From: an uncultured Bacilli bacterium
GTDB lineage: Bacteria > Bacillota_I > Bacilli_A > RF39 > UBA660
Reading direction: 5' to 3'
Assembly (NCBI GenBank): GCA_910584165.1
Contig: CAJTZU010000003.1
Location: 126,576 to 190,575, forward strand
DNA: 64,000 bases
The notes under the pieces are model-generated. The model ran no database searches, was not told the DNA's origin, and saw only the letters and a list, made by a program, of their open reading frames with translations. The stretch's first letter is position 1; every line of letters begins with the position of its first letter. The position numbers were made by a program, and so were the translations under genes. Below are positions 57,379-64,000 of the stretch, one piece after another.

Positions 57379-57856
57379 TTTTTTGACTAGATTCTCTTTT
57401 TTGATAATCTAGAAAGTTTAAAATATAATGTCTATTATGTTTTTGTACAAATCCAGCTTTCATGGCAATAGCAGCACTTCTTTCGTTGACGGCAAGAATA
57501 TTAATTCTATCTATATTTTGACTAAAAATATCTTCTACTACTGTTTGTAATGTAATTTGTCCAATACCTCTATTTTGAAAATCTTCTACAATATGATAAG
57601 TGATACCTCTTACATTTTCACTACCACCCACATCAAACCTACCAATTACCGTAGAATCTGTATTAATAATATAATAGTGTACACTATCTTGTTTATTATC
57701 TTTTTGTTTTAATAGAAGATACTGTTCCTGATATTTTGTTAATGGTAGTATAAACTCTAAAAATTCACCATGTTTATTAAAACGAAACTCAGGTGGTTTC
57801 ATAGTATCTGTTATTTTTGATGGGTCAATCATATTTATCACTCCTAAACTAATCAC
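57374..57856 (-). CDS. GNAT-family N-acetyltransferase.
   Basis: RGIGQITLQTVVEDIF and ILAVNERSAAIAMKAGF are typical acetyl-CoA-binding blocks. Confidence 0.75.
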   Translation of the reverse strand: MISLGVINMIDPSKITDTMKPPEFRFNKHGEFLEFILPLTKYQEQYLLLKQKDNKQDSVHYYIINTDSTVIGRFDVGGSENVRGITYHIVEDFQNRGIGQITLQTVVEDIFSQNIDRINILAVNERSAAIAMKAGFVQKHNRHYILNFLDYQKRESSQKN

Positions 57857-57859
57857 ACA

Positions 57860-58312
57860 CTATTTGTGTGCATTCTCATAGTATTTTTTAATGTCACTAG
57901 GCATTTTATCAAGTGTAATTGTTTTCATTCTTTTTTCCGTTCCATCTTTTAATGCCTCATCATAATACCAACATTTATAATTAATCATATTTAAAGCACG
58001 CTCTAATTCTGACATCTCTTTTTCAATACTCTTTTTTCTAGCAAGAAACATTTCTTTTCGTTTACTAATTGTTTCATCTCCTAGAGAACACCAATGCATA
58101 AATTCTTTGATTTCTTTTATCTGCATTCCTGATTTTTTTAAGCATTCTATTACCCTTAAAGCTTCGATAGTCTTTTCATTAAATTTTCTAATACCAGAAG
58201 AATCTCTTTCTAAATCCAATAATAATCCTTCTTTATCATAGAACCTTAAGGTGGGAATCGGTAAATTAAATATTTCTGAAACTTCTCCAATACTATACAT
58301 AAAAACCTCCAA
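57860..58312 (-). CDS. MerR-family transcriptional regulator (NmlR/AdhR-like, single conserved Cys in the dimerisation helix).
   Basis: HTH YSIGEVSEIFNLPIPTLRFYDKEGLL, coiled-coil C-terminus, Cys in LRVIECLKKSG. Confidence 0.85.
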   Translation of the reverse strand: MEVFMYSIGEVSEIFNLPIPTLRFYDKEGLLLDLERDSSGIRKFNEKTIEALRVIECLKKSGMQIKEIKEFMHWCSLGDETISKRKEMFLARKKSIEKEMSELERALNMINYKCWYYDEALKDGTEKRMKTITLDKMPSDIKKYYENAHK

Positions 58313-58327
58313 ATAAAAAAATAATAC

Positions 58328-58358
58328 TTGACCTAAAGTTAAGTTTAGGTATTACAAT
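58328..58358 (+). promoter_or_regulatory. MerR-type promoter: TTGACC, 19-nt spacer containing the dyad ACCTAAAGTTAAGTTTAGGT, then TACAAT.
   Basis: -35 at 58328-58333, -10 at 58353-58358. Sits 16 nt from the divergent MerR start. Drives the aldo/keto reductase gene. Confidence 0.6.
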
Positions 58359-58401
58359 GATAGTAGCACATAAAAAAAGAAAGTGCAAGAGGAGGGAATA
58401 T

Positions 58402-59370
58402 ATGAAAAAGAATATAATAATAGCAATCTCTTTTCTACTTTTCATAGTAGTTACTTCCTTTTATCTATGGAAAGAACAGGAAAAGAAAGAAAAATTGGAG
58501 GATAAAAAAATGAATATAAAAGAAAATGTTTCTAATGATACAAACTTTGATTTTAATGCTAAAACTGTAAAACTAAACAGTGGATATGATATGCCCATTA
58601 TAGGACTTGGAACATGGACACAGAATGATGAAACAACTGAAAATTCTGTATATTTCGCTTTAAAGGATGGCTATCGGTTAATTGATACAGCGCAATATTA
58701 TGGAAATGAGGTAGGAGTAGGAAATGGTATTCAAAAAGCAATCAAAGAAGGATTTGTTACAAGAGAAGAAATCTTCATTACTACGAAGGTATCTCCTTCT
58801 AATTATTACAATACTGCTTCTTCTATAGAGGAATCTTTAAGAAAACTCCAAGTAGATTATATTGATTTAATTTTTATTCATCAACGTGGTTCTAATGATG
58901 AAGAAGTGTATAAGGCAATGGAACAAGCTGTAAATGAGGGAAAAGTAAAATCCATTGGAATTTCTAATTATTATACGAAAGAAGCTATTGATGAAGTTTT
59001 AAGTTATGCGACTATAACACCTGCTGTTATTCAAAATGAAAATCATTTGTATTATCAAAATATGGAATTACAAGAATATGTTAGACAATATGGAATTGTC
59101 ATAGAATCATGGTATCCATTTGGAGGTAGAGGGCATACCAAAGACCATTTTAATAATGATGTAATATTAGAACTTTCTAAAAAATATCAGAAAACTTCTG
59201 CCCAAATTATTTTAAGATGGCAATTGCAAGCAGGCTATATCGTTATTCCTGGTTCTAGTAATCCTAGTCATATTAAAGAAAATTATGAAGTATTTGACTT
59301 TGAATTATCACTCTCTGATATGGAAAAGATAACAAGCCTAAATAAAATGCAAAGATATGAAAATTGGTAA
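58402..59370 (+). CDS. Aldo/keto reductase with an N-terminal membrane anchor or signal segment.
   Basis: The ATG at 58402 follows GGAGGG. The track start 58357 lies inside the promoter. GLGTW, IDTAQYYGNE, IFITTK and the catalytic tetrad context are typical AKR blocks. Confidence 0.85.
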   Translation: MKKNIIIAISFLLFIVVTSFYLWKEQEKKEKLEDKKMNIKENVSNDTNFDFNAKTVKLNSGYDMPIIGLGTWTQNDETTENSVYFALKDGYRLIDTAQYYGNEVGVGNGIQKAIKEGFVTREEIFITTKVSPSNYYNTASSIEESLRKLQVDYIDLIFIHQRGSNDEEVYKAMEQAVNEGKVKSIGISNYYTKEAIDEVLSYATITPAVIQNENHLYYQNMELQEYVRQYGIVIESWYPFGGRGHTKDHFNNDVILELSKKYQKTSAQIILRWQLQAGYIVIPGSSNPSHIKENYEVFDFELSLSDMEKITSLNKMQRYENW

Positions 59371-59374
59371 GAAA

Positions 59375-59407
59375 AAAAGTAAGTTTAGTGATTAGGCTTA
59401 CTTTTTT
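59375..59407 (+). terminator. Rho-independent terminator.
   Basis: 9-bp stem AAAAGTAAG/CTTACTTTT with a 13-nt loop, then T6. Confidence 0.7.
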
Positions 59408-59462
59408 CATGATATAATATTTCATATAAGAATGTGATAAATTTTCACTGAAAGGAAAAATT

Positions 59463-60113
59463 ATGAAAAAGAAAATCATTGTAATTATAATAGCCATATT
59501 CATTATTTTATTAGCGCCTATTCCAAATCATTTAAAAGATGGTGGTACAGTAGAATGGATTTCATTAACTTATAAAGTATCTAAAGTACATAGACTTGGG
59601 GAAAGTGGTTATCAAAATGGTTGGATAATAGAAATATTAGGAATTAAAATCTATGATAATGTAAGAAGCGATAATTTATCTTTAGATAAAAATAATAAAG
59701 GTGAAGATAAAAAAGAAAATAAATTAACTTGGGATGAAATTACAGATGATGGAGTTAATGAAGCACTATTATTAGAAAACGTTGATCAAGAAATATTGAC
59801 AGAAATTGCAACAGAACTTCAAACATTAATAGAAGAAGAGGAAGAAGAAGAAAGAAGAAATCCTGAAATTGTAATTACAGAGGGGTGGACTAGGGTATTT
59901 CAAACAGAAAGGTATCAAAAAGTTGTAAATATAGGAACTCCTGCTATAAAACCACTATATCTTATTTTATATAAAAGCCCTAATGCAGGTATGTATGAAT
60001 ATATTTGTGCAAAGGCATTGTATGATATAAGTGGATATGATTTTGAATGGGCAACCTCTATAGAGTTTTTGAAAAAATTTAATGAAAAAATTTTGGCAGA
60101 AAAAAGCTTATAA
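59463..60113 (+). CDS. Hypothetical membrane-anchored protein of 216 aa.
   Basis: N-terminal TM KKIIVIIIAIFIILLAP. No family recognised. Confidence 0.5.
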   Translation: MKKKIIVIIIAIFIILLAPIPNHLKDGGTVEWISLTYKVSKVHRLGESGYQNGWIIEILGIKIYDNVRSDNLSLDKNNKGEDKKENKLTWDEITDDGVNEALLLENVDQEILTEIATELQTLIEEEEEEERRNPEIVITEGWTRVFQTERYQKVVNIGTPAIKPLYLILYKSPNAGMYEYICAKALYDISGYDFEWATSIEFLKKFNEKILAEKSL

Positions 60114-60190
60114 ATAGTAATTGGGAGTTAGAGTAGTTATTGTTATTAAGAAAATAAATCATTGTGTATTTAAAAAGGGAGACTAAAAAT

Positions 60191-60649
60191 ATGAAAATAA
60201 TAGAAGTAGAAAATAGAGACGAAATTCTAATGAATCAGTTATTAGAGGTATGGGAAAGCGCAGTAAGAGAAACCCATTTATTCTTATCAGAAGAAGAAAT
60301 TGAAAATATTAAAAAATATGTGCCACAAGCTCTTATAGAAGTTTCTCATCTAATGATTGCTAAAGATGATAACAATCATCCTATTGCTTTTATGGGAATA
60401 GAAAATCAAAAATTAGAAATGCTATTTATTAAAAATAGTGAAAGAGGAAAAGGGCTAGGTAGAGAGTTATTGAATTATGGTATAAAATATTATCACGTTA
60501 ATGAATTAGCTGTAAATGAACAAAATCCTCTTGCTTTAGGTTTTTATGAACATATTGGATTTAAAGTGTATAAACGAAGTGAATTAGATGATCAAGGCAA
60601 TCCTTATCCAATTTTATATATGAAATTAGAAGATGATATGAAAAATTAG
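60191..60649 (+). CDS. GNAT-family N-acetyltransferase.
   Basis: The ATG at 60191 follows AGGGAG. RGKGLGRELLNYGIKY is the acetyl-CoA motif A. Confidence 0.7.
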   Translation: MKIIEVENRDEILMNQLLEVWESAVRETHLFLSEEEIENIKKYVPQALIEVSHLMIAKDDNNHPIAFMGIENQKLEMLFIKNSERGKGLGRELLNYGIKYYHVNELAVNEQNPLALGFYEHIGFKVYKRSELDDQGNPYPILYMKLEDDMKN

Positions 60650-60661
60650 GAGGAATTTTAT

Positions 60662-61378
60662 ATGGCTATGTGGAATCCTTGGAGAGGGTGTAAAAAATGT
60701 AGTGATGGGTGTTTGCATTGTTATATTCATAAAGGAGATTCAAAAAGGAATATAAATACTAATGAAATTGTTAAAACAAAAGATTTTGAAAAGCCAATAG
60801 AAAAATTAAAAAATGGCGAGTTTAAAATGAAGTCTGGAATAGTCTATCTATGTTTCTCTACTGACTTTTTAATTGAGGAAGCAGATGAGTGGAGAGAGGA
60901 ATGCTGGGAAATGATAAAGATACGACAGGATTGTATTTTTTTATTTCTAACAAAAAGGATTGATAGATTTATGAAATGTGTTCCAAAAGATTGGAATGAT
61001 GGATATGATAATGTAGTTGTATGTTGCACTATTGAAAATCAAAGAAATGCTGATTATAAATTATCTATATTTAAGGATTTGCCAATCAAGCATAAATGTA
61101 TTACTGCACAACCTTTATTAGAAGCCATTGACATAGAAAAATATTTAGATGATATTGAACTTGTCGTAGTAGGTGGAGAATCTGATTATCAGGCTAGACC
61201 TCTTCATTATGAATGGGTACTAAATATTAGAGAACAATGTATTAGAAAAAATGTTAGTTTTGAATTTAGACAATGTGGTACTTATTTTATAAAAGATGGA
61301 AAACAATATAAGATAGAAACAAAAAATTTAATGAAGCAAGCCAAATTAGCGAATATTGATTATAAAAGTAATCATTAA
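60662..61378 (+). CDS. Phage Gp37/Gp68-family (DUF5131) protein.
   Basis: The N-terminus MWNPWRGCKKCSDGCLHCY matches the conserved WNPxxGCxxxSxGCxxCY start of PF07505. 238 aa. Confidence 0.65.
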   Translation: MAMWNPWRGCKKCSDGCLHCYIHKGDSKRNINTNEIVKTKDFEKPIEKLKNGEFKMKSGIVYLCFSTDFLIEEADEWREECWEMIKIRQDCIFLFLTKRIDRFMKCVPKDWNDGYDNVVVCCTIENQRNADYKLSIFKDLPIKHKCITAQPLLEAIDIEKYLDDIELVVVGGESDYQARPLHYEWVLNIREQCIRKNVSFEFRQCGTYFIKDGKQYKIETKNLMKQAKLANIDYKSNH

Positions 61379-61481
61379 ATCTTATTTCTAGCAAAAATGT
61401 TAATAAAGTTAGCATAACTGTAAAGATTAATCGCTCGAAAAATAAACATAAAAATTGTATACTTAATTTGGAGGTGTAAAA

Positions 61482-61931
61482 ATGAATTTAGGAAATAATT
61501 TATTTCAAGCAAGGAAAAAAGCTGGCTTATCGCAGGAAGAAGTTGCTTCCAAATTAGGAGTAAGCAGACAGACTATTTCAAAATGGGAAACGGATGAAAC
61601 ACTACCTGATATTTATCAGTCTAAAAAACTTTCTAAATTATACCATTTGTCATTAGATGAATTAATAGAATTTGATATTGATGTGAAAGAAATAGAGGAA
61701 GCGATAGAAAATACTGATGAAAAAGTAGAAGCAAAGATTGATTGGACAAATGCTTGGAGTAAGAAATATCCAGTACTTGCTAGCTATCAAAAACAAGTTG
61801 ATATTAAAAAGTATTCTATTCAAATTAGAGAATTATTAGAAGAATTAAAAATAGTTTATAAATATAATGATTTAGATAGTATGTTAGTTTTAAAAGATAT
61901 ACTTTACCATGAATGGAAAGATAAAAATTAA
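61482..61931 (+). CDS. XRE-family HTH transcriptional regulator.
   Basis: LFQARKKAGLSQEEVASKLGVSRQTISKWETDE. Confidence 0.75.
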   Translation: MNLGNNLFQARKKAGLSQEEVASKLGVSRQTISKWETDETLPDIYQSKKLSKLYHLSLDELIEFDIDVKEIEEAIENTDEKVEAKIDWTNAWSKKYPVLASYQKQVDIKKYSIQIRELLEELKIVYKYNDLDSMLVLKDILYHEWKDKN

Positions 61932-61946
61932 TGGATTGGAGGAAAA

Positions 61947-62219
61947 ATGATTCAAATACAATTTATTAAAAATGAAAATAGAGCAGTAGCGTATGATAAT
62001 AATAAAGAAATTGGCGAATGCGAATTTATAGAAACAGAGAATGTATGGAATATTATTCATACTGGGGTTGATAGTAAATATCAAGGAAAGGGAATTGCTA
62101 AAGACTTGGTAAATTGCGTTATTGAAAATGCAAAAAAGTGGAATAAGAATCTTATTTCAGAATGTTCCTATGCAAAAAAAGTATTAGAAACTAGTAATAT
62201 TGATAGAAGAAGGGGATAA
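61947..62219 (+). CDS. Small GNAT-like acetyltransferase (90 aa, minimal acetyl-CoA-binding core).
   Basis: HTGVDSKYQGKGIAKDLVNCVIENAKK matches Q/RxxGxG/A motif A. Confidence 0.5.
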   Translation: MIQIQFIKNENRAVAYDNNKEIGECEFIETENVWNIIHTGVDSKYQGKGIAKDLVNCVIENAKKWNKNLISECSYAKKVLETSNIDRRRG

Positions 62220-62221
62220 GT

Positions 62222-62611
62222 ATGGAACAATCTCATGACAAAAGAGATGAATTTATAAAAATAGAAGTGGAAAAATTAATAGATTGGAATGAACCTAATG
62301 GGGAAGGTTGTATCGTTTCTGATAAAATAACCAAAGATGGTTTTAAAGTTGGATATATGTATAGGGAAGAACCAACAGATGCTAATCCAGATAGCGGTTG
62401 GAGATTTATGGCTGGAGATGAAGATGAGGAGTATATGAATAATCCTAATAATCATCATATATTTGCTATTAATACCATTTGTAATTACGATAAAGATATT
62501 ATACCTTATTTAAAGTCAGAAATAGGAAGTGCTTATATAAGAATTGATGATAACAAATTTGAACTTGATGATGGTTCAAAACCTATATTTGTGGATAGAC
62601 AAAATAGATGA
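62222..62611 (+). CDS. Hypothetical acidic protein, DUF2185-like (immunity-protein-like fold).
   Basis: 129 aa. GWRFMAGDEDEEYM block. Follows the previous gene by 3 nt. Confidence 0.4.
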   Translation: MEQSHDKRDEFIKIEVEKLIDWNEPNGEGCIVSDKITKDGFKVGYMYREEPTDANPDSGWRFMAGDEDEEYMNNPNNHHIFAINTICNYDKDIIPYLKSEIGSAYIRIDDNKFELDDGSKPIFVDRQNR

Positions 62612-62711
62612 AGTCTAATTTACCCGACAATTCTTAAATGTTAATATGCATTGCTTGTAGCAACGCACTATTCTTTATATAATAGTTTGTAAAGAAAGGA
62701 GTTGTTTTAAA

Positions 62712-63221
62712 ATGTTAAAAGAAAACATTAAACAAGTGAGAAAATCAAGGGGGCTTTCACAGGAAGAACTTGCTATTAAACTAAATGTAGTAAGACAAAC
62801 TGTTTCTAAATGGGAGCAAGGATTATCTGTTCCTGATTCTGAACTGTTAGTTAAAATCTCTGAAATTCTTGAAACGCCGGTAAGTACCTTGCTTGGCGAA
62901 AATATAGAAGAGACTAAAGTAGATGATTTGAAAGTAATTTCTGAAAAATTAGAGATTATAAACTTACAATTATTGCAAAGAAAGAATACAAGAAGAAAAT
63001 GGATTCATTGGATACTAATCTCATTATGTATCATTATTCTACTAATTTTTGCTGTATTATTCTTATTAAATAGCCCTTATTTTAATTGGGATTATAATAA
63101 TCCTGAAAATGCCGTTTTAGGAGTTATCTTTCATTCGTTTGAATGGCTATTTATTAGAGTAGCACCAATTGTTTTTATTGTATCCATTATTGGAATTGTC
63201 TTAACACGTAAGAAAGATTAA
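62712..63221 (+). CDS. XRE-family HTH regulator with C-terminal TM segments.
   Basis: IKQVRKSRGLSQEELAIKLNVVRQTVSKWEQG. Two TM helices. Confidence 0.75.
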   Translation: MLKENIKQVRKSRGLSQEELAIKLNVVRQTVSKWEQGLSVPDSELLVKISEILETPVSTLLGENIEETKVDDLKVISEKLEIINLQLLQRKNTRRKWIHWILISLCIIILLIFAVLFLLNSPYFNWDYNNPENAVLGVIFHSFEWLFIRVAPIVFIVSIIGIVLTRKKD

Positions 63222-63288
63222 ATCCAAATAATTTTAGATTTACGATTTATTCTTTTTTGGTACAATTTAATAGAAAGAAGGAATAGTT

Positions 63289-63831
63289 ATGAAATTAAAA
63301 AAAGTATTATCAAGTTTTATGATATTTGTATGTTCTTTATTTCTTGTTACAGGATGTACTGAAGAAAAAGTAGAAGAAAAGAAAGAAGAAGTAAAAGCAA
63401 AGTGCTCTATAGCAGAATGTATGAAAAAAATAGAGGCTACCAATACTGTAGAAGAAATTAATGATATTATAGGTTTTGAATCTACTACAGATGCTATGAT
63501 TGGTAGTGATTCTATTTGGAAGTTTGATTCTAAAAATTGGATAAGTTTTAAAACTTCTGGGAACGACAATATCACAATTCAAGCAACGATTGATAAAGAA
63601 ACCTTAAAAGATGACAAGATTAAATTACCTTCATCAAGTGAGTTACAGAAAGATTTAAATGATGGTTCATTCACTTATGAAGAATTGGTTCAAAAAGTTG
63701 GAGGAGAAGGAACACTCACAAGTATTTCAAAAGGTTCATTTAGTTATACTTGGGTAGATAAATCAGGTCAAAAATTGGGAGCAACTTTTAACAGAGAAAG
63801 TGGTAAATGTACAGTTGCTAGTTATAGATAA
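63289..63831 (+). CDS. Hypothetical lipoprotein.
   Basis: Lipobox LFLVTGC at residues 17-23. 180 aa. Confidence 0.55.
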   Translation: MKLKKVLSSFMIFVCSLFLVTGCTEEKVEEKKEEVKAKCSIAECMKKIEATNTVEEINDIIGFESTTDAMIGSDSIWKFDSKNWISFKTSGNDNITIQATIDKETLKDDKIKLPSSSELQKDLNDGSFTYEELVQKVGGEGTLTSISKGSFSYTWVDKSGQKLGATFNRESGKCTVASYR

Positions 63832-63854
63832 CAGAAATTATAAATAAATATGTT

Positions 63855-63880
63855 AGGCAGAGAATTATCTGCCTTTTTTG
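63855..63880 (+). terminator. Rho-independent terminator.
   Basis: Stem GGCAGA/TCTGCC with loop GAATTAT, then T6. Confidence 0.7.
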
Positions 63881-63936
63881 TGTTATAATGTTTATAGAGA
63901 TAGAGCGAAAAATAGTAAGTTGTCGAGGAGATAATT

Positions 63937-64000
63937 ATGAAAGAAATAATAGATTTCATTGTTTTAATCATTATATATATATTTATATTTTATAAGAAAT
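63937..64000 (+). CDS. 5' end of a gene for a small hydrophobic protein, truncated by the window end.
   Basis: GAGGAG RBS 7 nt before the ATG. MKEIIDFIVLIIIYIFIFYKK. Confidence 0.3.
   Translation, partial: MKEIIDFIVLIIIYIFIFYKK

Noticed and set aside
59273-59503. Minus-strand ORF spanning a terminator and intergenic region.
   Set aside because: It crosses a rho-independent terminator hairpin and has no RBS.
60662-61378. Prophage call based on the Gp37/Gp68-family gene.
   Set aside because: No integrase, terminase, portal, capsid or lysis genes, and no att-like repeats in the window. It is an isolated phage-family gene only.
60844-62458. Minus-strand ORFs 60844..61029, 61890..62084 and 62276..62458.
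   Set aside because: Antisense shadows of supported + strand genes.
63267-63582. Two overlapping minus-strand ORFs opposite the lipoprotein gene.
   Set aside because: The + strand gene has an RBS and a clear lipobox. The minus ORFs are F/S-rich artefacts.
1-64000. CRISPR arrays, tRNA/rRNA genes, IS elements or transposases.
   Set aside because: No regularly spaced direct repeats. No GC-rich tRNA-like segments with T-loop GTTCGAATC-type motifs. No transposase-like ORFs. The sequence is uniformly AT-rich protein-coding DNA.

Overview
This is a 64 kb, densely coding, AT-rich (about 28-30% GC) segment that looks like a low-GC Firmicutes chromosome, probably a Clostridia-type spore-former, since it carries SleB-like and SplB-like genes. 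Most genes lie on the + strand. Expression signals are classic: extended -10 boxes (TGnTATAAT), GGAGG ribosome-binding sites, and hairpin plus T-run terminators. TGA clearly serves as a stop codon (ATGA start/stop overlaps), so genetic code 11 applies. I found no rRNA, tRNA, CRISPR array, IS element, integrase or obvious prophage.

The content is a mosaic of housekeeping genes (FtsK gamma-domain fragment, RsmB-like m5C methyltransferase, rdgB, coaE, coaD, rarA, ogt, acpS) and accessory modules:
- an MMPL-family transporter fused in frame to a YhgE/Pip-like heptad-repeat domain;
- an MBOAT plus SGNH (DltB/DltD-like) pair with no ligase or carrier;
- a VanRS-like two-component system with an ABC-2 exporter;
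- a GntR regulator with an ABC-2 transporter and a palindromic operator;
- a cluster of a SplB-like radical SAM protein plus NPP, HD, NUDIX and MBL phosphohydrolases;
- a Dlt-like locus that also carries a carrier-protein-coupled PLP decarboxylase (the most interesting candidate for an undescribed envelope aminoacylation system);
- a CW_7-repeat membrane protein;
- CapA-family and SleB-like envelope enzymes;
- a TetR-controlled MacB-type ABC/FtsX exporter;
- a RhuM-Doc/Fic protein;
- a MerR (NmlR/AdhR-like) regulon with two near-identical 19-bp-spacer promoters in front of a frameshifted flavodoxin-cyclophilin-like gene and an aldo/keto reductase;
- several XRE/GNAT/DUF modules and a lone phage Gp37/Gp68-family gene.

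Two genes look disrupted: an in-frame TGA at 32620 and a -1 frameshift in a T4 tract at about 56246. All family assignments rest on motif recognition by eye and need HMM or BLAST confirmation.
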